Assembly (NCBI GenBank): GCA_964485795.1
Contig: CAZAJQ010000004.1
Span: forward strand, 38,292-87,091
Length of the DNA: 48,800 nt
Origin: an uncultured Gammaproteobacteria bacterium
GTDB taxonomy: Bacteria > Patescibacteriota > Patescibacteriia > VMEV01 > CAZAJQ01
Reading direction: 5' to 3'
Shown: positions 29,883-38,040 of the stretch, in pieces
How the letters are laid out: each line of letters starts with the position of its first letter
Position numbering within the stretch: position 1 is the stretch's first letter
The notes under the pieces: model-generated
What the model saw: only the letters and a program-made list of their open reading frames with translations
Told to the model about the DNA's origin: nothing
Database searches by the model: none
Made by a program: the position numbers and the translations under genes

Positions 29883-31313
29883 ATGCGGTGTTTCATCCGA
29901 AAAATACTCTTTTTCTCACTCATGTTTGTCGTATTATCCGCGCAAGCGTGCGGGAAAAGCGCGCCCCCCGCTTCCACGGGTGGAAAAAGCGCCGAGCAGC
30001 GTATACAGCCCTTGGTGCTCAATTATTGGAGAGTATTTGATGAAAAGGACGATTTTGACGAGATATTGGAAGAGTACCGAGCTTCATTTCCGCATATTGA
30101 AATCCGATATCGCAAGCTTCGTTTCGAGGAATATGAGCAGGAATTATTGGACGCTTTGGCCGAGGATCGCGGACCGGACGTGTTTTCGATACACAATACA
30201 TGGATGCGGGGGTACAAAAACAAGTTACTTCCCATGCCGTCTTCGGTGATCATGCCTTTCCAGAAAATCATCGGTACCCTGCAAAAAGAGATCGTGACCG
30301 AGCTTACGACCATCCCCTCGATCAATCTGCGAACCCTCAAGGATCGCTATGTGGACGTGGTGTATGACGACGTGGTCATGACGGATGTCGTGAAAAAAGA
30401 CAATCGGGAAACAGCCCAAAACAACATATACGGACTTCCTTTGAGCGTGGATTCATTGGCGCTTTTCTATAATCGTGATTTGCTCAATAACGCCGGTATC
30501 GCGAATCCCGCGACCACATGGCAAGAATTTCAGGATCATGTAAAAAAGATGAGCCGAGTGGATCGTCAAAACAATATTCTTCTCTCCGGCGCGGCGCTGG
30601 GCACCAGTGAAAATATTCCGAGAAGTACGGATATCCTCTCTTTGGTCATGATGCAAAACGGCACACAGATGACCAATGACGACGGATACGCAACGTTTCA
30701 CCTTATCCCGGAGAATCTTCGCGAACGAGAGGTGGCACCCGGAGTGGAAGCGTTGCTTTTTTACACGGATTTTGCGAACCCCACCAAGGTCGTCTACACG
30801 TGGAACAAAGATCAGAAAAACGCTTTGGACGCCTTTATCGAAGGCAATGTTGCGTACTTTTTCGGATACTCTTACAATATTGAGACCGTCAAAGCTCGGG
30901 CTCCGAAGCTGAATTTTGACATCGCCTCCATACCGCAGATACCGGAAAATCCGGTGATGAATTATGCGAATTATTGGGTGGAGACCGTTTCAAAAAAAAC
31001 CAGGTACCCGGATGAGGCATGGCATTTTGTGCAATTTCTCGCCAAGCCGGAAAATGTCGAAAAATATTTGAAACGCAGCGGAAAGCCCACGGGGCACAAG
31101 GCTTTGATCGACAAACAAAAAGACGATTTGGTCGTCGGTGTCTTCGCCAATCAAGTGCTCACCGCAAAGAGCTGGTACAAGGGAGTTGACGCCGCGGCCG
31201 CCGAGACGATCCTTCGCATGATGATCGATCAGGTTTTATTGGGCAATCGCGAAATCAATGATATCATCAATACGGCCGCGTCCCAGATCAACCAGACGAT
31301 CGGCGGACAATAG
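29883..31313 (+). CDS. Extracellular solute-binding protein (ABC-type family 1), probable lipoprotein, no cognate permease/ATPase in window
   Basis: Signal peptide ending VLSAQAC-GKS (Cys for lipidation). Length of 476 aa and motifs such as DVFSIHNTWM and YGLPLSVDSLALFYNRDLL are typical of sugar-type SBPs. Confidence 0.75.
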   Translation: MRCFIRKILFFSLMFVVLSAQACGKSAPPASTGGKSAEQRIQPLVLNYWRVFDEKDDFDEILEEYRASFPHIEIRYRKLRFEEYEQELLDALAEDRGPDVFSIHNTWMRGYKNKLLPMPSSVIMPFQKIIGTLQKEIVTELTTIPSINLRTLKDRYVDVVYDDVVMTDVVKKDNRETAQNNIYGLPLSVDSLALFYNRDLLNNAGIANPATTWQEFQDHVKKMSRVDRQNNILLSGAALGTSENIPRSTDILSLVMMQNGTQMTNDDGYATFHLIPENLREREVAPGVEALLFYTDFANPTKVVYTWNKDQKNALDAFIEGNVAYFFGYSYNIETVKARAPKLNFDIASIPQIPENPVMNYANYWVETVSKKTRYPDEAWHFVQFLAKPENVEKYLKRSGKPTGHKALIDKQKDDLVVGVFANQVLTAKSWYKGVDAAAAETILRMMIDQVLLGNREINDIINTAASQINQTIGGQ

Positions 31314-32006
31314 ATGTTTTTTCGGTGTATGAAGCGAAATATCAAAAAACTTTTTTTTGCATGGACGGCATTAGTTTTTCTGCTTCCGCTGCAAACTTCG
31401 GCGCAGGAAGGGCTTTTGCAGCAGGCGCTCGGGAGAGATTCGGCATGCCTTGTCAGTGGCTCATGTTCGGTATGCGACGCTTTGCGGGTGATCATCAAGA
31501 TCGCCGAATGGCTTACCGGTCTTTCGGCGCTTCTCGTGATGGTGGTGCTTATCTATGGAGCGTTCTTACTCATCACCTCGAGCGGTGAATCCGATAAAAT
31601 CGGCGACGGGAAAAACGCCATCAAGGCGGCCGTCATCGGCTTGGTGATCGTGATGATCGCGTGGCCGGCGGTGCATCTTTTGATACTTGTGATGGTGGGA
31701 GAGTCAAACGATGATCTCGGGAAAAAACTTAAAACCGGCTGGTATAACTCTCTCAATGCAGAATGCGAGAAGATTGAAAAAACTTCTCAAGGAACATCAC
31801 AGCAAGTCGCGTCAGGACCGGGATGCTGTCAATGGCAACATACGGTTGGTGACGTTACTCAATTTGAAGCCTGCGCCGAATATGATGATCAAAGTAAATG
31901 CCTCTCGCGCAGCGGAAAATCGCTTCCGTGGTTCACGGGGAAAAAATGTATTTCTCCGGGATCGGCGCGCGAAGCTTTCGGGGGAAAAGAAGGAGCTTGC
32001 CAATAG
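31314..32006 (+). CDS. VirB2/TrbC-like pilin paralog P1, with Cys-rich C-terminal extension
   Basis: Signal peptide ending TSAQ, core LIYGAFLLITSSGESDKIGDGKNAIKAAVIGLVIV, then an extra domain of about 95 aa containing 8 Cys. The ATG directly abuts the SBP stop (TAG-ATG). Confidence 0.65.
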   Translation: MFFRCMKRNIKKLFFAWTALVFLLPLQTSAQEGLLQQALGRDSACLVSGSCSVCDALRVIIKIAEWLTGLSALLVMVVLIYGAFLLITSSGESDKIGDGKNAIKAAVIGLVIVMIAWPAVHLLILVMVGESNDDLGKKLKTGWYNSLNAECEKIEKTSQGTSQQVASGPGCCQWQHTVGDVTQFEACAEYDDQSKCLSRSGKSLPWFTGKKCISPGSAREAFGGKEGACQ

Positions 32007-32061
32007 GCAAGACTGAAGAGCGCATGGCCATTCATGGGTGCCTCGTTTCAATCGTCAGCAT

Positions 32062-32445
32062 ATGATACAAAGATTTACGATCATAATATTTGCGTTAATG
32101 TCTTTTTCCGCTGTGCCGGTTTTTGCGCAAGATAAGATAAAAGTAGAAATTAAACCCGTTAAAGGGTTTGAAGCTTTTGAAAGAATTGAAACCGGAGAAG
32201 CGGTCATCACCGAAGTGGCGGTCAGGGTGGTGTCATTTATCATGGCTTTTTCGGGAGTTATCGCCATGGTTTTTGTGATTTACGGAGGCTGGCTGATTTT
32301 GCTTTCCGGAGGGAGCGAAGAAAAGATCAGCGGCGGGAAAAAAATCCTCACATGGGCGGTGATAGGACTCGCCGTGATATTCACAAGCTATGTGGTTATG
32401 AATTTTGTCGTGAATACGATTCAAAAGGGCATCACGGGAAGCTAA
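32062..32445 (+). CDS. VirB2/TrbC-like pilin paralog P2
   Basis: Signal peptide ending VFAQ. Core VIYGGWLILLSGGSEEKISGGKKILTWAVIGLAVIF. The table ORF starts at a GTG (32038). Confidence 0.7.
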   Translation: MIQRFTIIIFALMSFSAVPVFAQDKIKVEIKPVKGFEAFERIETGEAVITEVAVRVVSFIMAFSGVIAMVFVIYGGWLILLSGGSEEKISGGKKILTWAVIGLAVIFTSYVVMNFVVNTIQKGITGS

Positions 32446-32464
32446 AGACGGATGCGGTAATCAT

Positions 32465-32815
32465 ATGAAAAAAAACATTGCAATCATGCTGAGCGTTTCC
32501 ATGGCTTTGACGATGATCGGGGCGATGCTTTTGATGCCTGAAACATCGCTCGCGCAAAAGACTTTGCCAAATCCTCTTGGAGTGACCAATGTGACGGATT
32601 TTATCGTCAGGATCGTAAAATTTTCCTTGCAGATAATCGCCGTCCTGGGATTTTTGTTTTTTGTCATCGGCGGTTTTCAGCTTTTGACATCCGCGGGTAA
32701 CGATGAAAAGGTCAGTCAGGGAAAATCCACGCTGTTTTGGGCCATCGTCGGTATGGCATTAGCGCTTACAAGCTATGTGATGATTGATTTTGTCGTCGGC
32801 GCGTTTTCGAAATAA
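32465..32815 (+). CDS. VirB2/TrbC-like pilin paralog P3
   Basis: Signal peptide ending SLAQ. Core VIGGFQLLTSAGNDEKVSQGKSTLFWAIVGMALAL. Confidence 0.7.
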   Translation: MKKNIAIMLSVSMALTMIGAMLLMPETSLAQKTLPNPLGVTNVTDFIVRIVKFSLQIIAVLGFLFFVIGGFQLLTSAGNDEKVSQGKSTLFWAIVGMALALTSYVMIDFVVGAFSK

Positions 32816-32942
32816 ACGAGGGAGGGATGTTCACATGTGTTTTTTGAGAAATGCGCGAAAAAAAGTATAATGAAGGTGGAAAAATAACCGAGCTTTTTTG
32901 AGGGTTTCCTTAGAAAGGCTTCCACGAAGGGGGGTGAAAGAC

Positions 32943-33353
32943 ATGACATCAGTACAAACATTTTCAAACAAAAAAGTATTGGCAGGCATCATGAGTTTGC
33001 TTTTGGTAGCATTTATGGCGGTTCCGTTTTTCGTCGGAGCGCAGTCGGATCAGTTTGGCCTTGAATTCGGCAAAAACACAGGGCTTGGAACACGGGATCC
33101 TCGCGAGACGGTAGCCCTCGTCATCCGCATCATCATGGGATTTTTGGGCACCATCGCGATCGTGATCATCCTGCTCGGCGGATTCAAGTGGATGACCGCC
33201 GGAGGAAACGATGAAAAAGTGACGGAAGCGAGAAAATTGATCACGGCCGGCATTATCGGCTTGATCATCATTTTGTCCGCTTATGCGATTACGAATTTCG
33301 TCATCACTCAGCTTATGACGGCCACGAACGCCGGAAGAGCTCCGGGATTATAA
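32943..33353 (+). CDS. VirB2/TrbC-like pilin paralog P4
   Basis: GGGGGTG RBS 6 nt before the ATG at 32943. Signal peptide ending VGAQ. Core LLGGFKWMTAGGNDEKVTEARKLITAGIIGLIII. Confidence 0.75.
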   Translation: MTSVQTFSNKKVLAGIMSLLLVAFMAVPFFVGAQSDQFGLEFGKNTGLGTRDPRETVALVIRIIMGFLGTIAIVIILLGGFKWMTAGGNDEKVTEARKLITAGIIGLIIILSAYAITNFVITQLMTATNAGRAPGL

Positions 33354-33468
33354 TGAGGTTATGACTGCCCTGTTCGTTTTTTCGCAAAAAAAAATGATCG
33401 GGGCAGTCCCTCGAGGTTTTGGGGTGATGAATCGCCCCAAGGCTTTGAGCGAGAATCATTAATTTTCA

Positions 33469-33861
33469 ATGATCGCACCGACTATGAAAACAGCATTTCG
33501 GAAAAGCGCTTTTATCGCCTTTTTTTGTTGTTTGAGTTTTTTTGGAAGTGCCACTGTGAATGCGCAGGTGAATGTTTCGGAGCAATTGAATGTGGCGAAG
33601 ACGAAATTAAACATTACTACGTCAAGAACCCCGGAAGAAGTCGTGGGAAGCGTCATCCGCGGCGTTCTGGGATTGGTGGGAATTATCGCATTTGCGTTTT
33701 TCGTCTATGCCGGGATCCTCTGGCTGACGTCGGGCGGTGAAGAGGGAAAGATATCGGCGGCCAAAAACATCCTCAGCGCTGCGGTGATAGGGCTGATTAT
33801 CATCTTCACGGCATACGCTTTGACGAGCTTTGTCATCGACGCCCTGGTGAAAGCGACGTAA
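33469..33861 (+). CDS. VirB2/TrbC-like pilin paralog P5
   Basis: Signal peptide ending VNAQ. Core VYAGILWLTSGGEEGKISAAKNILSAAVIGLIII. Alternative start at 33484. Confidence 0.75.
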   Translation: MIAPTMKTAFRKSAFIAFFCCLSFFGSATVNAQVNVSEQLNVAKTKLNITTSRTPEEVVGSVIRGVLGLVGIIAFAFFVYAGILWLTSGGEEGKISAAKNILSAAVIGLIIIFTAYALTSFVIDALVKAT

Positions 33862-33878
33862 ATGCGGAAAATCAATCT

Positions 33879-34268
33879 ATGAAATATTTTCTTCTCAGCG
33901 GAGCATTGACGGTGATGATGACATCATTTTTTTGCGTTCTCTCACCGGTGCTTGCGCAAGGCGATTTGGGAAGTGAGGTTAAAGATAAGCTCGCAACCGG
34001 CGGGCAATCTTCCCTCCTCAAAAGCGACCGAGCTTTGAGCACCATCGTCGGCGGGATTATCAATGCGTTTTTGGCGATTGTCGGTGCGGTTTCGCTGTAC
34101 TTGTTTGTCTGGGGAGGCTTTGAGCTCCTGATGGGAGGCGGCAATGAAGAAAAGGTGTCGGCCGGCAAAGCCAAGATCAAAAACAGCGTGATCGGCCTCA
34201 TCATCGTGATCGCGGCTTATGCCATCGTGAAGTTTATCGCCGAATTTGTGCCGGCGCTTTTGAAGTGA
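33879..34268 (+). CDS. VirB2/TrbC-like pilin paralog P6
   Basis: Signal peptide ending VLAQ. Core VWGGFELLMGGGNEEKVSAGKAKIKNSVIGLIIV. Confidence 0.75.
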   Translation: MKYFLLSGALTVMMTSFFCVLSPVLAQGDLGSEVKDKLATGGQSSLLKSDRALSTIVGGIINAFLAIVGAVSLYLFVWGGFELLMGGGNEEKVSAGKAKIKNSVIGLIIVIAAYAIVKFIAEFVPALLK

Positions 34269-34273
34269 GGAGT

Positions 34274-34660
34274 ATGAAAAAATTGATAGCCAGCTTGGGA
34301 ATGATCGCCGGAGGAATAAGCATCCCTCTTTTTTCGATATTGGCTCAACCGCAGGAGGCCGAGAAAAAGCTGGAAGCATTCTCGCGGGATGTTGGAATTG
34401 GTCAAGGCGTTGGCGGACTGGATTATCAAGCCGGATCCATCATTAACTCCGTCCTCAGTCTTGTCGGTCTCATTTTTCTTATCGTCGTCATCTATGCCGG
34501 ATTTCAGTGGCAGACGGCCGGCGGGAATGAAGAAAAGGCACAGGCATCGCTCAAAATGTTCATTTCCGCGATTTTGGGTTTGGTCATTGTTCTGGGGGCG
34601 TATATTTTCGTGAATTCGCTTTTGGGCGGCTTGATCGGCGCGGTGACGGGTACGCCGTAA
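34274..34660 (+). CDS. VirB2/TrbC-like pilin paralog P7
   Basis: GAGGAG RBS. Signal peptide ending ILAQ. Core IYAGFQWQTAGGNEEKAQASLKMFISAILGLVIV. Confidence 0.75.
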   Translation: MKKLIASLGMIAGGISIPLFSILAQPQEAEKKLEAFSRDVGIGQGVGGLDYQAGSIINSVLSLVGLIFLIVVIYAGFQWQTAGGNEEKAQASLKMFISAILGLVIVLGAYIFVNSLLGGLIGAVTGTP

Positions 34661-34679
34661 AGGAGATCCTCGATAAATA

Positions 34680-34965
34680 GCGCTATCGTTGGGGCAGACC
34701 TCTGTGTCTGCCCCAACGATAGCGCCGTTGAGTGTGTGTAACCCCAATTCGCCAAGACGACCCCGAGTCTGTCACGCCTCTGTTGAGTGTCTGCAGTGAC
34801 CACGCCGTTGAGTTTTGCCACCCCCGTCGAATTTTGCCGGGACAATACGCCCCTGAATGTCGGAACGCCGCCGCCGCTGGTCAGCCGCGAACCGTTTTCT
34901 CTCCACCGTTCGTCGAGGCGTGGTGTGCTGTTGGGGGAGATACATAGGTCTCCCCCAACAGCACA
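34680..34965. repeat. Non-coding insert bounded by two related long hairpins (H1 34680-34725, H2 34924-34965)
   Basis: H1 has a perfect 20 bp stem: GCGCTATCGTTGGGGCAGAC, loop CTCTGT, GTCTGCCCCAACGATAGCGC. H2 has a 17 bp stem: TGTGCTGTTGGGGGAGA, loop TACATAGG, TCTCCCCCAACAGCACA. Both stems share GTTGGGG-AGA. Their apices are near reverse complements of each other, so the hairpins are in inverted orientation. Three GCC(G/TCT)TTGAGT direct repeats lie between them. Confidence 0.7.
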
Positions 34966-34986
34966 TCGTTTTACTCTCTCCTATCT

Positions 34987-35364
34987 ATGCATCGACTTTC
35001 CCGTATCACCACAATTTTATTCTCCGCGATTTTCATTTTTGCCATGCCTTTTTCGATATTGGCGCAGGATAACTTAAAATCACAGGTATTGGATCCGCTT
35101 GGACAAACAACAGATGCCGCTGGCTATGATCGCGCAATTTCCATCACCGCGGCCATCGGGAATCTCACCAAGGCTTTTTTGGCGGTATTCGGTGCGTATT
35201 TTTTGTTTCGAACCGTGTATGCCGGGTATCTTTGGTTCATGGCAAAGGGCAATGAGGAGCAGGTGCAGCAAGCCAAGGAAATTCTCAAAGGCGCGGTCTT
35301 TGGCGTCATCGTTGCGTCCATGGCGGGTGTGATCATCGCTCTTGTGACGAATCTTGTGGCGTGA
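34987..35364 (+). CDS. VirB2/TrbC-like pilin paralog P8
   Basis: Signal peptide ending ILAQ. Core VYAGYLWFMAKGNEEQVQQAKEILKGAVFGVIV. Confidence 0.75.
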   Translation: MHRLSRITTILFSAIFIFAMPFSILAQDNLKSQVLDPLGQTTDAAGYDRAISITAAIGNLTKAFLAVFGAYFLFRTVYAGYLWFMAKGNEEQVQQAKEILKGAVFGVIVASMAGVIIALVTNLVA

Positions 35365-35516
35365 CCCCCTTCGATAGGCTCATGCTTCGGCAGGCTCAGC
35401 ATGACACAGGGGTCGACGCGGGACATGGGGGTGTGATCATCGTTCTGGTTACAAATTTTGTGGTGTGACCCCCTTCGGCACGCTCAGGGTGACAGGGGGC
35501 GTCGCAGGACATGGGG
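35327..35516 (+). repeat. Direct duplication (104 bp unit, then an 86 bp unit) that includes the last 38 nt of P8
   Basis: Unit 1 (35327-35430) and unit 2 (35431-35516) both read GTGTGATCATCG.TCT.GT.AC.AAT.TTGTGG.GTGACCCCCTTCG...GCTCAG..TGACA..GGG..CG.CG.GGACATGGGG. Unit 2 keeps an in-frame GVIIVLVTNFVV-stop, compared with GVIIALVTNLVA-stop in P8. Confidence 0.75.
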
Positions 35517-35560
35517 CTCCCCGCGCGTACCTTGTTCAACCCTCCTTGTCATTGTTTCCT

Positions 35561-35599
35561 TCCCTTGTCTCCCTTCGACAAGCTCAGGGTGACAAGGGA
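35561..35599. repeat. Copy of the dispersed CCTTCGRCARGCTCAGGGTGACA motif, in a hairpin context
   Basis: TCCCTTGTC, T-CCCTTCGACAAGCTCAGGGT, GACAAGGGA (9 bp stem). The same motif is at 35385-35410 and 35471-35498, and in all four repeats of the parS island. Confidence 0.7.
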
Positions 35600-35663
35600 A
35601 GGACGCGGTACTAGGGGTGTTACAGGTAGAGGGTCAAATTTGATAAAGGTGTAATTTTTTTTC

Positions 35664-36080
35664 ATGAAACCGGTTCGATTTATTATTTCAGCCGTCGTAT
35701 TGGGAGTGCTGGTGACTCCCTTGCTTTTGTTTGCGCAAGGGGAGGCTCCAAAGGGTGTGAATCAGGTCAGAAAAGGGTTGAATGAGGCGCTGGAAAAGGC
35801 CGAGATACCGGGCAAGAGCACATTGGCGGAAACAACGGCGAATCGTGGAGAAGAGTTGGCGAGCATCATGGGGACGATCATCAATATTGCCGTCGGAATT
35901 TTGGGTGCGGTCACTTTTCTTTTCATACTCTATGCCGGCTACCTCTGGTTCACCGCCAAAGGCAATGATGAACAGGTGGTCAAGGCCAAGGATATCTTTG
36001 CAGACGCGGTGATCGGACTCGTATTGATACTGGTTTCAGGCTTTTTGGCATCCTTGGTTTTGAGAATATTCACGAGGTAG
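35664..36080 (+). CDS. VirB2/TrbC-like pilin paralog P9
   Basis: Signal peptide ending LFAQ. Core LYAGYLWFTAKGNDEQVVKAKDIFADAVIGLVLI. Confidence 0.75.
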   Translation: MKPVRFIISAVVLGVLVTPLLLFAQGEAPKGVNQVRKGLNEALEKAEIPGKSTLAETTANRGEELASIMGTIINIAVGILGAVTFLFILYAGYLWFTAKGNDEQVVKAKDIFADAVIGLVLILVSGFLASLVLRIFTR

Positions 36081-36109
36081 CGAGCAAGGCGTTACGAGTA
36101 TGTCACACA

Positions 36110-36147
36110 GGATAGACCTATGTAGCGATAAACACATAGGTTTATCC
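36110..36147. repeat. Intergenic hairpin H3
   Basis: GGATAGACCTATGT, loop AGCGATAAAC, ACATAGGTTTATCC (14 bp stem with one G-T pair). It contains the CTATGT/ACATAG hexamers that form the loops of the other hairpins. Confidence 0.6.
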
Positions 36148-36184
36148 CTACAGAGGTTTATTTCTGCGGATTACGTTAAACGTT

Positions 36185-37468
36185 ATGTCTCCAAAAAAAA
36201 TCATTCCCTGTACGCTTATCGGAATCACCCTCGTGATGCCTTTTTTCGCGTCGGCGCAGATCATCAATAAAGATACGGGAAGAGCGGCGGAGAGGCTTTT
36301 GAACAAGGGATTGGAAAAAGCGGAGCTTGCCACCGGGTCGAATATTGAGTTTGCAAAGCGTATCGGCAATGTCATCAATCTCGCCATCGGCATTTTCGGC
36401 GTTGTTTTGCTCGGACTGCTGATATACGCGGGGTATCTCTGGACCAATGCGCGGGGCAATGAAGAGGAGGTAACGCAAGCGAAGAATATCATCAAAGAAG
36501 CGGTAATAGGGTTGTTTTTGGTTTTCATTGCTGGTGGACTGGCCACGGCTACCACAAGCTTTTTAGGCACGGAAACACTCAGCAACAAAGTGTTTCTTGA
36601 TCAGCTGGAGCTAGAATCGCAAGTGAGTAGAATTTCTGGCTTGAAGTTTGAGGATTTCGTGTATCTCCAGACAACGGCCGCTCGAATTATCAATTTCGTT
36701 CTCGGCTTACTCGGAGTGATCGCCCTTTGTCTTTTCATCTATGCCGGCTATCTTTGGCTCTCGGCCGGAGGCAATGAAGAAAAGGTTTCGACGGCAAAAA
36801 GCCTCTTATCGCAGACCATCACCGGCTTTCTCGTGGTTTTCGTATCCGCGACCTTGATCAATATCGTCCTGCAAATGGGACCGATCCAAGAAAAAGTTGC
36901 CGGCCTGGCTATTGTCGCCAAAGAAGTGGGGCTCGATGTCGGCACCATCGAAAGCGCTTTTGTCCAGTTTGGACGAGTGCTCAATTTCATCCTCGGGCTT
37001 ATCGGGGTGATTATCCTCGTTCTCTATATCTATGCCGGGTATCTTTGGGCTTCGGCGGGGGGCAATGAAGAAAAGGTGGGGCAGGCGAAAAAGATTTTTG
37101 CGGAAACGATTTTGGCGACATTCTTTATTTTCGTTACGGGAATTATTGTTTCTATAGCACTGAACACTTCAAAGATTAAGCAAGAATTGGCAGTCACGGG
37201 ATTGGATATTGTCAAGATTGAGACTGACTTACAAACCGGAGATATTATTTATGCAGGTGCTCGAGTCGGAAGTGTTCTGAATTTTCTTGTCGGCATGCTT
37301 GGCCTAGTAGCCTTTGTCCTTATCCTCTACTCCGGCTATCTCTGGGCTACGGCCGCAGGAAATGAAGAGCAGGTTACCAAAGCGAGGAGAATTTTGATAG
37401 AATCCGTAGGAGGGATGACTTTGGTGTTTTTGACGGGGTATATCGTGAATATCGTGTTGCAGCTGTGA
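36185..37468 (+). CDS. Four-domain concatenated VirB2/TrbC-like pilin P10 (predicted signal peptide + 8 TM)
   Basis: Signal peptide ending ASAQ. Four complete helix-loop-helix units with loops YAGYLWTNARGNEEEV (nt 36425), YAGYLWLSAGGNEEKV (36740), YAGYLWASAGGNEEKV (37031) and YSGYLWATAAGNEEQV (37328), joined by linkers of about 35-45 aa. Confidence 0.75.
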   Translation: MSPKKIIPCTLIGITLVMPFFASAQIINKDTGRAAERLLNKGLEKAELATGSNIEFAKRIGNVINLAIGIFGVVLLGLLIYAGYLWTNARGNEEEVTQAKNIIKEAVIGLFLVFIAGGLATATTSFLGTETLSNKVFLDQLELESQVSRISGLKFEDFVYLQTTAARIINFVLGLLGVIALCLFIYAGYLWLSAGGNEEKVSTAKSLLSQTITGFLVVFVSATLINIVLQMGPIQEKVAGLAIVAKEVGLDVGTIESAFVQFGRVLNFILGLIGVIILVLYIYAGYLWASAGGNEEKVGQAKKIFAETILATFFIFVTGIIVSIALNTSKIKQELAVTGLDIVKIETDLQTGDIIYAGARVGSVLNFLVGMLGLVAFVLILYSGYLWATAAGNEEQVTKARRILIESVGGMTLVFLTGYIVNIVLQL

Positions 37469-37602
37469 GAAGGTAAGTGAAATTTGGCATACAAGCAAAT
37501 ACACTTTTTGAGCGATACGTTCTTGGGTTACTAGCTGCAGGCTAGTTTTGAAGAGTGTCAGGTAGCGATTATTGGAAAAAAAATCAAGAGCATGCACTTT
37601 AT

Positions 37603-37983
37603 ATGAAAAAAATAATTGCCATTTTTTTTACCGCATTCCTTGTTTTCACTCCCCTATTCGCTTCGGCGCAGCTGCTCAAAAAAGGAGAAGAGCAGCAGAC
37701 CAAGGAAGCGTTTGAAGCGGTGACGGGCGAGATCGGTCTTGCTACCGGCAATGAAGTGATGCTGGGGAGGACGATTTCGCAGATCATCAATTTTGCGCTC
37801 GGGCTTTTGGGCGTGGTGATGCTTGTCATCACCATCTACGGCGGATATCTGTGGTTTTCCGCCGCCGGCAATGACGAACAGGTTTCGAAAGCGAAAAGTG
37901 TCATGACGCAAGCGGTTATCGGGCTTGCGATTATTTTTTTGGCGGCCCTGATCATTAATGTTGTGCTGAATGCGGGAAGGTAG
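37603..37983 (+). CDS. VirB2/TrbC-like pilin paralog P11
   Basis: MKKIIAIFF start. Signal peptide ending ASAQ. Core IYGGYLWFSAAGNDEQVSKAKSVMTQAVIGLAII. The table ORF opens at 37555. Confidence 0.75.
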   Translation: MKKIIAIFFTAFLVFTPLFASAQLLKKGEEQQTKEAFEAVTGEIGLATGNEVMLGRTISQIINFALGLLGVVMLVITIYGGYLWFSAAGNDEQVSKAKSVMTQAVIGLAIIFLAALIINVVLNAGR

Positions 37984-38040
37984 TCGCAGGTATATTTTCC
38001 AAGCGAAAGGAAAAATTCCCGTTAATTTTTTTTCCACCGT

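Noticed and set aside
33942-34747. 145-aa and 176-aa ORFs on the - strand inside the pilin array
   Set aside because: They are antisense to P6/P7 and extend into the hairpin repeat. The forward-strand genes carry the conserved family motif.
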